A stretch of DNA of 64,000 bases. Origin: Kiritimatiellia bacterium. Lineage in GTDB: Bacteria; Verrucomicrobiota; Kiritimatiellia; RFP12; UBA1067. Below are positions 35,698 through 45,481 of this stretch, in pieces. Under the pieces are notes generated by a model, which saw nothing but the letters and a program-made list of their open reading frames with translations, had not been told where the DNA came from and made no database searches. Position 1 is the stretch's first letter; the number at the start of each line of letters is the position of its first letter. Made by a program: the position numbers and the translations under genes. The DNA is taken from assembly GCA_017447805.1 (NCBI GenBank), contig JAFSMR010000059.1, positions 1,198 through 65,197 of the forward strand, written 5' to 3'.

Positions 35698-37391
35698 AAA
35701 ACAGGCGCTCTGTGCTTTGGCTTTCGATCGGGCTATTCGTATCGCTCGCTGCTCATATATTGCTTTCATACAAGGGGGGCGTTTCTGCGGCGCTGGTAAA
35801 ACGCTCTACACTTCTCGACGAATCGCTCGCTGCCGCAAATACCATTAATATTTTGCATCCACAAGATAAAGCGATTCTTCTAAAGAAATATAGCGAATGG
35901 CATCTAACTTCGCCATATTGGGCGATTGCCGACGAACGGGCGATCCTGAAAATGCTAGACCTCTTATCATCGAGCGAAATCGAAGAAGCGATAGATGATA
36001 ACGAACTTTTGAAACTCGGACGCAACCGCGAAGACTATGGCCTTGCCCAAGATCAGGCTACGAAAGTAGTAATAACCGGCGATAAAGGCACGAGCACAAT
36101 ATATTTCGGAACCCTGACTCCAGCAGGCGATGGCGTTTATGCGACAGTCGACAATGAAGACGCCGTTTATGTGGTAAACTCCAATGTCTTCGGGGCAGTC
36201 GATATTCCCGCCTCGCTATTTCGAGAAAGATCGCTCCTGCAACTGTGGGATGGCGCAATAGTCGGCTTCGATATCAAAAATGGATCGGGCAACTTTATGC
36301 GATTCGAGAAAGATGGCGAATCTTGGCTTATGAAAGAGCCCGTGCGCATCAACGCGAACACTGAAAAAATCCACACGCTAATCACACTGCTCTCCCAAAC
36401 GGAAGCGTCTGATTTCGTTTGGCCAACCGGCGCCAAGGGAGAAAATTCCATAGCTACCGCCTCACTGCTTGCAGGTTACGGCCTAGACCCGGATACCGCG
36501 ACAACCCTTACTTTCAAATGCGTAGATGGCATAGATCGGCAAATCGCCTTCGGCAACAATGCAAAGGACGGCAATGTATATGCGTTAATTCAAAATGCCG
36601 GCGCTATCGTTATCGTCAATAGCAAATTGAAAGAAGAAGCCCTCGCAAACATCGCGGAATTTACCGACTCTCGACTCTTTGCCGTCGAACCATCCTCCAT
36701 CGCCAGAATCGCAATAAAAGATGGCGAAACCTCCTACCTGCTGATAAAAAACGAAAACGGATCTTGGAGGATTGAATCGCCAATCGTTGCCGATGCAGAC
36801 GACAAGAAGGTTGAATCTCTAATAGAAAAAATCATCTCGCTTAAATCCGAGAATATCGATCCAGATGGCATTTCCGTTCAGCTGGCTTCTTCCAGCCAGC
36901 CAATGATGGTAAACCGCAAAGCGACAATCGGCGATATAAAACTCGAAGAACTTGCCTCTAGAACCATTCTTTCGATTGTTCCGGAGGAAGTAAAAAGAAT
37001 AGTCGTAACGCAAGCCGATAAAAATTCCACTTCCGTCATTTACGATTCTGGCCGCTCTTGTTGGAGCATAGAAAAAAGTTCATTGAAAGGTGACGCGGAT
37101 GAAGAAGCTATTAAAACTATTCTCGAAACTCTCAATCCCCTGTCGGCGAGGAGGGTTGTAAATCTAAAAGCTTCCAGCGCCGAAATGAAAGAATATGGTC
37201 TAGGACTTGATTCTCAAAATCTCACAATCGCGATAGATCGCAAAAACGAAAATTCCGTACGGCGCAATATAAGAATCGGCAATCTTACCGAAGAAGGAGC
37301 CTATGCCACAATCGGCGCGGCGGATGCGATTTTTCTCATCGACCTTACAACGCTCGAAAACCTTTCAACGCCTCTCGTCAAGGAAAAATAG
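35694..37391 (+). CDS. DUF4340-like periplasmic protein associated with GldG-type ABC systems
   Basis: An N-terminal anchor, a repetitive beta-rich sequence, and a position after the GldG-like gene. This is a context-based call. Confidence 0.55.
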   Translation: MKNRRSVLWLSIGLFVSLAAHILLSYKGGVSAALVKRSTLLDESLAAANTINILHPQDKAILLKKYSEWHLTSPYWAIADERAILKMLDLLSSSEIEEAIDDNELLKLGRNREDYGLAQDQATKVVITGDKGTSTIYFGTLTPAGDGVYATVDNEDAVYVVNSNVFGAVDIPASLFRERSLLQLWDGAIVGFDIKNGSGNFMRFEKDGESWLMKEPVRINANTEKIHTLITLLSQTEASDFVWPTGAKGENSIATASLLAGYGLDPDTATTLTFKCVDGIDRQIAFGNNAKDGNVYALIQNAGAIVIVNSKLKEEALANIAEFTDSRLFAVEPSSIARIAIKDGETSYLLIKNENGSWRIESPIVADADDKKVESLIEKIISLKSENIDPDGISVQLASSSQPMMVNRKATIGDIKLEELASRTILSIVPEEVKRIVVTQADKNSTSVIYDSGRSCWSIEKSSLKGDADEEAIKTILETLNPLSARRVVNLKASSAEMKEYGLGLDSQNLTIAIDRKNENSVRRNIRIGNLTEEGAYATIGAADAIFLIDLTTLENLSTPLVKEK

Positions 37392-37395
37392 AATA

Positions 37396-38088
37396 ATGCA
37401 AAATCCCTCTTCTAGACGAGAAACCATCGCCACGGCCACCAATCTTAGAGTCGGCGCTAAAAATCCCATATCGATCGAAATACCCGATTTCACTATTCAA
37501 GCTGGCGATTTCGTAGCGATAACCGGTGCGAACGGCTGCGGCAAAACAACGCTTCTAAAGACGATAGCCCGTCTGCTAAACCCAATAGCGGGCAAACTTG
37601 AACTCGCAATTCGCCCTGGCGCGGCAATTGGATATCTTCCTCAGCAAGGCCCTTTGCAGAAAGATTTTCCGGCGTCTGTTTTTGAAGTCGTGATTTCAGG
37701 ATGTCAGGCATCGAGAGGCATCCGCCCTTTCTACACATTTTCGGAGCGCCGGCGCGCCGAGAGAATAATGGAAAGGCTTGGCATTGCGACTCTTTCATCC
37801 AAGTCATACAAGGAACTTTCCGGCGGGCAGCGCCAGCGAGCGCTCATTGCCCGTGCGCTCATTTCGCCGCGCAAACTCGTTTTGCTAGATGAACCGACCG
37901 CCTCGCTCGATCTGCAAGCAGCCAAAAGCTTCCTGGAACTGGCGAAAGAGCTGAATTCGAAAGGCGCGACTTTCGTTTTCGTAACCCACGACCCGTTGTT
38001 AATTCCGGCGGCGACCAAGACAATCCATATAGGCGAGGCGGTGCTTTGCGAAAAATGCGGCGAGAAGACGGAGGTATGCAATGGCTGA
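37396..38088 (+). CDS. znuC: zinc/manganese ABC transporter ATP-binding protein
   Basis: GANGCGKTTLL, LSGGQRQRALIARAL and LVLLDEPTASLD. The start at ATG 37396 lies 4 nt after the upstream stop. Confidence 0.85.
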   Translation: MQNPSSRRETIATATNLRVGAKNPISIEIPDFTIQAGDFVAITGANGCGKTTLLKTIARLLNPIAGKLELAIRPGAAIGYLPQQGPLQKDFPASVFEVVISGCQASRGIRPFYTFSERRRAERIMERLGIATLSSKSYKELSGGQRQRALIARALISPRKLVLLDEPTASLDLQAAKSFLELAKELNSKGATFVFVTHDPLLIPAATKTIHIGEAVLCEKCGEKTEVCNG

Positions 38089-39904
38089 TACTCTTGCCGA
38101 ATTCCTTGCGTGGCCCTTTGTTTGGCGAGCGCTTATCGTCGGCGTTCTAATAGCGCTATGCTCCGCATTGCTCGGAGTAACGCTTGTTCTCAGGCGACTC
38201 TCGTTCATGGGCGATAGCCTCTCGCATGTGGCGTTCGGGGCTATGGCAATATGCGGCGCGATTGGAATGATTTCGGGTGGAATGTGGCTATCGCTGCTAT
38301 TGACTGCTTCTGCAGCTATTTTGCTGCTCGGATGCGGCACAAAAGGACGAGGCGATGCGCAACTCGCGATGCTTTCCGTTACTTCTATGGCAGTAGGTTA
38401 TCTTATGATGAATCTTTTCCCCGCCTCCTCCAACATTTCCGGCGACATATGTACAACCCTCTTCGGAGCCGTTTCCCTCCTTACCCTAAGTTTTCTCGAC
38501 GCATTCTTCTGTGTAATCCTCTCTATAGCAGTGATAATCTTCCATCTCTTTACCTACCATAGAAATTTCGATATCGCGTTCGACGAAGAGTTTTCGCGAG
38601 TATCTGGCGTGAATGCAAAACTCTTCAACTTTCTCTCTGCGATAGTAGTGGCGAGCGTGATAGTAGTTTCGATGAAACTCGTAGGCGCGCTACTCGTTTC
38701 GGCGTTGCTCGTTTTCCCTGGTGTTTCAGCGCTGAAGATATCGAAGTCGTTCCGCTCGGTCACTCTCACAGCCGCGGCGTTTTCCATAGTATTCGCTTTA
38801 ACAGGTATACTGGCCGCTGTTATCGCCGGCACTCCCGTTGGTGCAACAATTGTGGCAGTAGAAGCAATCGGCTACTTCTCGGCTCTCATTTTCTCGAAAC
38901 TCGCCCGCAGAACCGCGCTGATTTTAACAGCCATCTTGCCTATCGGTGCCGCGCTTCTCTTTACGCTTTCTATTCCCGCTAACGATAAAATAAATATCGA
39001 TAAATCAAAACCTACGATAGTCGCTTCGATTTTCCCGATATACGATTGGGTAAATGAAATCGTTGGCGAAAACGCCGATCGCTTCAATATAATTCTTCTG
39101 CAAAATTCCGGTAGCGACTTGCACAGTTTTTCGGCTAGCGCTAAAGACATGCGCCTGGCGGCAAACTCCGACCTCTTCATCCTCGTAGGCGGAGTATCCG
39201 ATGAGGCGTGGGAAAATAAACTCCTCGCAGATAAGAAGAACAAAAACCGCAAAGTCGTAAAGCTTCTCGAATACCTCGAAAAAATACCCGTTGCATTCAA
39301 CTGCGAAGGAGAAGGCATTTGCCGCGAGCACGAGCACGAACACAAGCACGGCCACGATAGCGAAACGAGCGACGAGCATATTTGGCTCTCGCCTAGAGAT
39401 GTAATCCGTTGCACTTTGACGATTGCCGACGAAATCGCCGCGCTAGATGCGGAAAACTCGGAAGTTTACTGCCAAAATGCGCAGGAATTCTGCGCCAAAC
39501 TCGCCGAGATCGACAAAGCCTATGCCCAGCTCGCCGAAGAAAACAAAGATAGATTTCTCGTTTTTGCCGACCGATTCCCTTTCCAACGACTCGCCATCCA
39601 ATATGGCTTCAACTATATCGCAGCATTCAACGGATGCTCGGCAGAATCGGAAGCCAGTTTCGAAACGGTAAAACGACTCGCTGAAGCGATCGAAATACAT
39701 CGTCCAGAACAACTCCTCGTGCTGGAGACGAGCGACGCAAAACTCGCGCGCTCGCTTTGCGAAATGTTCGCTAACGAATATCTCTCGTTCTGTAAAGTCG
39801 ATTCGCTGCAATCCTTCAGAGATAAATCGACTTCGCGCCACGTAACGCTCGAAGCCCTTGAGGAAAACCTCGAAGCTTTCTCGAGTGCGCTCGGTGAATT
39901 GTAA
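38081..39904 (+). CDS. fused ABC-3 permease (ZnuB-like) and cluster A-I metal-binding protein (ZnuA-like)
   Basis: The N-terminal roughly 290 aa are polytopic. A linker TM (RRTALILTAILPIGAALLF) follows, then an SBP domain with the His-rich loop EHEHEHKHGHD and the DEHIWLSP motif. Confidence 0.85.
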   Translation: MADTLAEFLAWPFVWRALIVGVLIALCSALLGVTLVLRRLSFMGDSLSHVAFGAMAICGAIGMISGGMWLSLLLTASAAILLLGCGTKGRGDAQLAMLSVTSMAVGYLMMNLFPASSNISGDICTTLFGAVSLLTLSFLDAFFCVILSIAVIIFHLFTYHRNFDIAFDEEFSRVSGVNAKLFNFLSAIVVASVIVVSMKLVGALLVSALLVFPGVSALKISKSFRSVTLTAAAFSIVFALTGILAAVIAGTPVGATIVAVEAIGYFSALIFSKLARRTALILTAILPIGAALLFTLSIPANDKINIDKSKPTIVASIFPIYDWVNEIVGENADRFNIILLQNSGSDLHSFSASAKDMRLAANSDLFILVGGVSDEAWENKLLADKKNKNRKVVKLLEYLEKIPVAFNCEGEGICREHEHEHKHGHDSETSDEHIWLSPRDVIRCTLTIADEIAALDAENSEVYCQNAQEFCAKLAEIDKAYAQLAEENKDRFLVFADRFPFQRLAIQYGFNYIAAFNGCSAESEASFETVKRLAEAIEIHRPEQLLVLETSDAKLARSLCEMFANEYLSFCKVDSLQSFRDKSTSRHVTLEALEENLEAFSSALGEL

Positions 39905-39921
39905 GCCCCGACCCCGAATCC

Positions 39922-40638
39922 TCAGCCGAGTTTCGCGAGAAGCGCGATAAGGGCGGTATCAGTCCTCAGAATCCGCTCGCCAAGAGAATAGCGACTAAAG
40001 CCGTGCTCTTCCAATAACGCGACTTCCTCCTCAAGCCACCCGCCCTCTGGGCCAACAGCAAGAAGCAGCCTATCGCCTTTTACATCTAGCGAAGAAGAAT
40101 TAGCGTCTTTATTCCCTGGATGCGCAACAATTCTATTCTTCGTAGGAAAAATTGCATCAAGCTCTTCTTTTATGAATCTTCTGAAATTTCTGCGTGTCTC
40201 GATTACCGGCAATTCGCAAGTCCCCGCCTGCATCAAACCATCCACGAGAAGAGGATGATATATTTCTTCTTTAAGCAATGTTGCACCCCAAAAATCTTTT
40301 TCTACTTTCTTTGCCCCAACAAGGAATATTCGCCCGACGCCTAGCGATGCGAGCTGCGGCAAGAGACGCTTTAGCGCACGCGGACGCGGCGGAGCAAGAA
40401 TCAAATCAGCCCATGTCCCGAGCGCCGCTTGATTGTGATGCGGTGCCAAGACAATTTGGCCTTCTGCTATTTCGAGAATTTCAGCCGTTCCCTTGAGGCC
40501 GTTGATTTCCCCTGTCTTTATAACATCACCCGTCTGCGATTTCAAAATACCCAAAATATGCTTGGCGCGATCATCATCGGCCTTCAGAAAAATTTTGCCG
40601 TCTACGATTTCTCCCGTCTCGAAAAGAATTCTATTCAT
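39922..40638 (-). CDS. rsmE: 16S rRNA (uracil1498-N3)-methyltransferase RsmE
   Basis: 238 aa. It has a PUA-like N-terminus, and LILAPPRP...GPEGGW blocks typical of RsmE. Confidence 0.85.
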   Translation of the reverse strand: MNRILFETGEIVDGKIFLKADDDRAKHILGILKSQTGDVIKTGEINGLKGTAEILEIAEGQIVLAPHHNQAALGTWADLILAPPRPRALKRLLPQLASLGVGRIFLVGAKKVEKDFWGATLLKEEIYHPLLVDGLMQAGTCELPVIETRRNFRRFIKEELDAIFPTKNRIVAHPGNKDANSSSLDVKGDRLLLAVGPEGGWLEEEVALLEEHGFSRYSLGERILRTDTALIALLAKLG

Positions 40639-40639
40639 A

Positions 40640-41779
40640 TTATTCTCTCGGTAGCGCTACTCTATTGCCCGGCAAAAATCTCACTTTGCCTTTCATGAGC
40701 AATGTCATACAAACAGTATTGACCCTCGCCGCAGGGAATCCCGAAGCTCTTACAAGTTCATCCATCGATTTACCGGCAGAATCCAGCAACATAAATATCT
40801 TTGCTTCGTCGGGCGGCGTACCTAGCGGCGCGTTAGGGGGATTATAGGGGTCCCTACGAGCATCTTGCCACCTTTTCTTGATGATGAAAGGCTTGGCTTC
40901 TTCTGCATCCAACACCTTATTCTTTTCTTCCATCCGCTTTGGGAATAAATCTTCATATTCAGCCTCTACATCTTGCGGACATCTTACCATTGTTGCACCA
41001 TCTCTTATCAAGGCGAGGCATCCGGAGCTGGCCGAAGAATCTACTCTACCTGGCAGCGCCATAACGCATTTGCCAAGTTCAGCGGCAAAAGTAGTCGTAA
41101 GAAGCGTTCCGCTTTTCGTCGGCGCCTCGATTGCCAATACTCCATCGGCAAGCGCCGCGACTACATGATTGCGCTGCGGAAAAGATTTCTGGTCTGGATC
41201 GCGTCCGAATGGGAATTCGCTTACGACCGCGCCACCCCTCTTAACAATCTGGCGCGCAAGTTCTATATTCTTTTCAGGATAAAACCGGTTAAGCCCAGAA
41301 CCGATTACGCCAATCGCTACACAATTTTCCGCTTCAAGCGCGCCGCGATGCGCCTCGGCATCTATTCCAAGCGCAAGTCCCGATATTATCGCCCAGCCAT
41401 TCGCTGCCAAATCACGTCCAAACCGAAAAGCTTGGTCTAGACCATAGGGCGTTGCTCGGCGGGTTCCTACAATCGCGATTGCCTTCTGCGATAGAGCCTT
41501 GACATTGCCTTTTACATATAGCGCCAGGGGATGACCCGGCGCCGAGCGTAGCTTCACGGGATAATCCTCATCTGCTGGCGTCAAAATTTCTACTCCGATA
41601 GATTTGGCTTTGGCGATTTCTTTTTGCCACTCCACTTCGCCGCCGCTTCGCGACACTTTCTTCCGATAGTTTTCCCATGCTGCGGCAACGCTGCCAAAAC
41701 GCTCTACAAGACGCCCCACGCCAACAGATCCAATGTTGTCCGTTAGGTTGAAAGCGATGTATGCTTCATTTTCTTTCAT
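40640..41779 (-). CDS. dprA: DNA processing protein DprA
   Basis: IVGTRRATPYG...ISGLALGIDAEAHRGAL...VIGSGL. I place the start at MKENEAY (41779) because the longer track ORF would overlap tRNA-Glu and its promoter. Confidence 0.88.
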   Translation of the reverse strand: MKENEAYIAFNLTDNIGSVGVGRLVERFGSVAAAWENYRKKVSRSGGEVEWQKEIAKAKSIGVEILTPADEDYPVKLRSAPGHPLALYVKGNVKALSQKAIAIVGTRRATPYGLDQAFRFGRDLAANGWAIISGLALGIDAEAHRGALEAENCVAIGVIGSGLNRFYPEKNIELARQIVKRGGAVVSEFPFGRDPDQKSFPQRNHVVAALADGVLAIEAPTKSGTLLTTTFAAELGKCVMALPGRVDSSASSGCLALIRDGATMVRCPQDVEAEYEDLFPKRMEEKNKVLDAEEAKPFIIKKRWQDARRDPYNPPNAPLGTPPDEAKIFMLLDSAGKSMDELVRASGFPAARVNTVCMTLLMKGKVRFLPGNRVALPRE

Positions 41780-41786
41780 TTTCCCC

Positions 41787-41816
41787 TTGATTTCATCCAG
41801 CGAAATATGGTATAAT
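41787..41816 (+). promoter_or_regulatory. putative tRNA-Glu promoter (TTGATT-18-TGGTATAAT)
   Basis: -10 at 41811-41816, 15 nt before the mature tRNA 5' end. Confidence 0.55.
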
Positions 41817-41831
41817 ATGCGCTCGTTCAGC

Positions 41832-41906
41832 GGCCCCATCGTCTATCGGCTAGGACACGAGCTTTTCATGCTCGGTAGAGGAGTTCGACTCTCCTTGGGG
41901 CTGCCA
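41832..41906 (+). tRNA. tRNA-Glu (anticodon UUC)
   Basis: Manual cloverleaf: acceptor GGCCCCA/TGGGGCT, anticodon loop TTTTCAT, T-loop TTCGACT, encoded CCA. It is collinear with E. coli tRNA-Glu. Confidence 0.9.
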
Positions 41907-42016
41907 ATTTTTTACCATGATTTTCCCCTCCTGCCTTACTCGATTAAATATTGCTCTCATATTATATTTACTCGTTTTGTCAGCAAGAGGGGATTAAACA
42001 TCAACTTATCTCTATG

Positions 42017-43402
42017 TTAGCCTTGTGCCTGCTTGAGCGCTTGAGATACGGCAAGCATTCTTTCGGAGAGGTCCTCGAAGCCGACATCTGTAGAATAGAC
42101 ATCCTTGTAATATTGATACGCCTTCTCGAGATCGCCCGCCGATTCCGCACAAAGTCCGAGCTGATAGACGATCTTTTTCTTAAGTTCATCCATCGTCGGA
42201 ATCTGGTCGCGCGCAGTTTCAAGTTGCATAACAGCCATATCGGTCTGCTCCTTCATCAGGAAGCACATCGCAAGATAGTACAGCGCCCACAAGCGGTCTT
42301 TAGGCGATTTTTGCGCCAGCTGCAAATGCTCTAGAGCCTCATCATAATAGCCATAGGTATAATATTGCAGGCCAAGTTCATATCTGAGGTGAAGATCATT
42401 TGGATATCTTTCGACGCGCGCAGCCAAATCATCAAACACGAATTGATTTTTCTCGCCTTCAATCTGGTCGGCTTCTTCATCACGGCCTTCGGCGCGCAAC
42501 GCCTCAATTTGCTGATCGTAATAAGAAACTCTCGCCTGCGATAGCATACGGTCAAGCTCTGGATCCATCGCGCCAGCCGCCTCGATTGCCTCTGCCAGAC
42601 AGTTTACCGCCTCCGCAAAGCGCTTATTCTGGATATAAATTCGTGCAAGGGCCCTGCGTGCATTCATATTCTTTGGCTCGCGTTCGATTTGCGCCAGCTT
42701 TTCCTGAATCAAGGCTTCTGCATCATCGCCGGTAATTACCGCCTTGTTCGCCTGATCGAGCTTCTTCGCCTGCTCCTTGTTCGCAATGAGATTCTGGAAG
42801 CCGCCCTTCTTGCCGGCAGATTGTTCCCAGCCAGAATTCATCGTAGCCTGCGCCTCGGAATTTTTCAGAAGCTGCATAATCCTTTGGTCGCCGGGCTTGA
42901 TTTGCGAAAGCTTCTGATATGCGTCTCTCGCCTTGCCCCAATTCTTCGCGAGCTGATAATAGGTTGCAACTCTTTCAAGAAGCGCCGGGTCTTTATTGCC
43001 GCATTCATACGCCGCTTCTACAGATATCGCAGCATGATCTTGCTTGCCTGCAGCTTCTGCCGCCTTGACGGCAATTTCTATATTATCCGCATCGAGAGGG
43101 TTTTGGCAAAGCAGCTTCTCGGCCTCGGCCATTGCTTCTTCCGCCTTGCCCTTCTTGATTAAGCCGGCAATTTTACTGCGCGCCATCATAGCGCCGAGTT
43201 TCGCGCCAAGACCAGCTTTACCACATGTCTTGAAATACGCTATTTGCGCGGTTCTCAATAGTTTGCGCGTCTCGAGAATATCTGGCGCCGCGGCGACGGC
43301 TTCCATCAACATATCTCTAGCTAATTCATATCGCCCGGATTCAAGGGCTTGGCGGCCTCTATTGGTAAAGTTTTGGGCCTTTTGCGCGAGATCAACTGCC
43401 AT
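42017..43402 (-). CDS. TPR repeat protein
   Basis: Repeated A/Y/L-rich 34-aa helical units. The start at ATG 43402 has the SD AAGGAG 8 nt upstream. Confidence 0.75.
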   Translation of the reverse strand: MAVDLAQKAQNFTNRGRQALESGRYELARDMLMEAVAAAPDILETRKLLRTAQIAYFKTCGKAGLGAKLGAMMARSKIAGLIKKGKAEEAMAEAEKLLCQNPLDADNIEIAVKAAEAAGKQDHAAISVEAAYECGNKDPALLERVATYYQLAKNWGKARDAYQKLSQIKPGDQRIMQLLKNSEAQATMNSGWEQSAGKKGGFQNLIANKEQAKKLDQANKAVITGDDAEALIQEKLAQIEREPKNMNARRALARIYIQNKRFAEAVNCLAEAIEAAGAMDPELDRMLSQARVSYYDQQIEALRAEGRDEEADQIEGEKNQFVFDDLAARVERYPNDLHLRYELGLQYYTYGYYDEALEHLQLAQKSPKDRLWALYYLAMCFLMKEQTDMAVMQLETARDQIPTMDELKKKIVYQLGLCAESAGDLEKAYQYYKDVYSTDVGFEDLSERMLAVSQALKQAQG

Positions 43403-43451
43403 AATTTCAACTCCTTTGGAATTTTCTAAATTGATTTGTTTATCTTTGTTT

Positions 43452-43766
43452 TCAAGGTGTAACTGCCAGGCGCTCATCTACCCCTAGAGCTTCCAACACG
43501 CCTTTGGCCTTATAGGTCTTAAGCATGAAATGCGTCGCAGTGGAAAGCACGCCATCAATAGTCGATAAATCTGCTGCCACGAAATGCGCGACATCCTGAA
43601 GGCTTTCACCCTTGACGAATACCAGCAAATCATATCCGCCGCTCATAAGAAAGCACGCCTCGACCTGCTCGAATTTCGCAACTCTCTCGGCGATTTTGCC
43701 GAATCCGCAATCGCGCTGCGGGGTAATCTTAAGTTCGATTACAGCATGAACATCATTCATTGGCAT
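43452..43766 (-). CDS. stand-alone Lrp/AsnC-type ligand-binding (RAM) domain protein
   Basis: 104 aa. VIELKITP...ACFLMSGGYDLLVFVKGESLQDV resembles the AsnC C-terminal domain, and there is no HTH. Confidence 0.6.
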   Translation of the reverse strand: MPMNDVHAVIELKITPQRDCGFGKIAERVAKFEQVEACFLMSGGYDLLVFVKGESLQDVAHFVAADLSTIDGVLSTATHFMLKTYKAKGVLEALGVDERLAVTP

Positions 43767-44421
43767 TCTCCTCTTCTTTTATTGTTTGCACCTCTACGGC
43801 GCTTTGCACCGGCTCCTCGGCAGTTGCAGGATTTTGATTTCCCTCCATCTCGGGCGCCACCTCTGGAAGAACCTCTGTTTCTTGCGCTTCGGGCGTCTTA
43901 GATTTCCAATTGAGAGAAACTACATCATCCACAATCTGGCGCGCGAGCTCCTCCGCCAATCTGCCGGATGCATCGGCCTGGCCGGTAATAAGGTCGTTAC
44001 TCGAAACGAATGTCGTAGTCGCTTGATATTTTCTATTATCGACCAAAACCTTGCCGGCGCGCTTATCTATTACGCTTACCTTCGCCTCGGCATTAAAACG
44101 ACTCTCGCGATTCCTCGCGCCCGTCTGCCGGTCGTACGCGACAACTTTTGCATCAGAATTTACGATTATCCCCTGAATTTCCAACGCCGCGTCGCCCGCA
44201 GGCTTTATCGCAAAGGTCCCTTCGCGCTCAAACTCGCGCAACACCTGCCGCGTAACGGCGCTACCTAGCCCGGTTACATTCGATTCATTGCGAAATACAG
44301 GAACAGCAACCGTTCTCATCTCCTCGGGAACCTGCGAACGCCAAGTATAATTGGCACACCCAGCGACCACCAAGCCGCAAAGGATTGTGCACACCGATAA
44401 ATACATACTTCTTTTCATCAT
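43753..44421 (-). CDS. LptE-like outer-membrane lipoprotein with acidic C-terminal tail
   Basis: Lipobox VVAGC. Size, pattern and the adjacent BamD-like gene suggest LptE. This is not verified. Confidence 0.5.
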   Translation of the reverse strand: MMKRSMYLSVCTILCGLVVAGCANYTWRSQVPEEMRTVAVPVFRNESNVTGLGSAVTRQVLREFEREGTFAIKPAGDAALEIQGIIVNSDAKVVAYDRQTGARNRESRFNAEAKVSVIDKRAGKVLVDNRKYQATTTFVSSNDLITGQADASGRLAEELARQIVDDVVSLNWKSKTPEAQETEVLPEVAPEMEGNQNPATAEEPVQSAVEVQTIKEEENANE

Positions 44422-44433
44422 TCTCCTTTTTGA

Positions 44434-45474
44434 TTATTTCTTGAGGTCTCCCGCCGCCTTTAGTTCTGCGATTCGCTTAGATACCACCTCGGCGTAACGA
44501 CTTGCCGGATATTCCCTCAGGAAATTTTCGTATGCCGCAATTGCGCCGCGCCGCGTACTAGTCTTGGCATCGTAGAATTTTGCGCTTTTATATGCTTCTT
44601 CTTCAAGTTGCAAAACAGCCTCTTCATACCACCCAGATAGCGCCTTCTTCGTTTCCTCGCTTGGATTGTTCGCTAGCGCCATCTTCAAAAACTCCACGGT
44701 ATCCTTTACCCTCGTGCGGTTGTAGCCATGATCTTTCAACAGCTTCATCCTCGCCGCGCCTTCGAGAACGAGCGATTTTTCAGCTTCTTCCGTGTATGGA
44801 TGAAGATTCCTCAAGTTTTCATATACCGTAACTGCCTTATCATATTCATCGGCATCCTCGCGCAATTTGGCGATTTTCAACATCGCCGCCGGGACGAACT
44901 TTGCGCCCGGCGAGCGCAATACAACCCCTTCAAACGCCCGCCGAACATCAACAGTGTTCGGAAGACGGAAGAACAGGAACTGCGCACCTTCCTCTTCCAT
45001 CAACAGCGCGACTTCATAAAGCCTCTCGGCAATCTTGCTGTAGTTGCACTGCGAAGAATAATAGTCCATAAGATATCGATATTCCTCGAACGCCTCCTCG
45101 TAATCGGCATAATGCCCCAGCTGAAGATCGGCAAGTTTTTCTTGCGCGATCGGTGCCTCGGGCGAGGCCGGCCATTCCCGCACGAGCGAATCGTACCCCC
45201 TTCGCGCCGCGCGCCACGATTCCGCCTTCTCGCATTCTATCGCATACGCGAGTTGCTCAGACGCGGTTTTTTTCGCCGGACCATTGATCCAAGAAAACCA
45301 GCGAGGCGTCTTTTTGCCCTTAACTATTATATTTTCTTCGCGATCAAAGCCAGGATACGCGTCTGTAGCGTATCTCGTGTTTGCGCTGGGCATCATAGAA
45401 GGGCCAGCCGCCATTGCACAGCGCGCGGCTATTGCCGCCGTCACAACCAAAAAAATATATCTAATACGAATCAT
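44434..45474 (-). CDS. BamD-like TPR lipoprotein (outer membrane assembly)
   Basis: The C-terminal block AKFYDAKTSTRRGAIAAYENFLREYPASRYAE resembles the BamD/YfiO signature region. Confidence 0.6.
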   Translation of the reverse strand: MIRIRYIFLVVTAAIAARCAMAAGPSMMPSANTRYATDAYPGFDREENIIVKGKKTPRWFSWINGPAKKTASEQLAYAIECEKAESWRAARRGYDSLVREWPASPEAPIAQEKLADLQLGHYADYEEAFEEYRYLMDYYSSQCNYSKIAERLYEVALLMEEEGAQFLFFRLPNTVDVRRAFEGVVLRSPGAKFVPAAMLKIAKLREDADEYDKAVTVYENLRNLHPYTEEAEKSLVLEGAARMKLLKDHGYNRTRVKDTVEFLKMALANNPSEETKKALSGWYEEAVLQLEEEAYKSAKFYDAKTSTRRGAIAAYENFLREYPASRYAEVVSKRIAELKAAGDLKK

Positions 45475-45481
45475 GTCGCAT

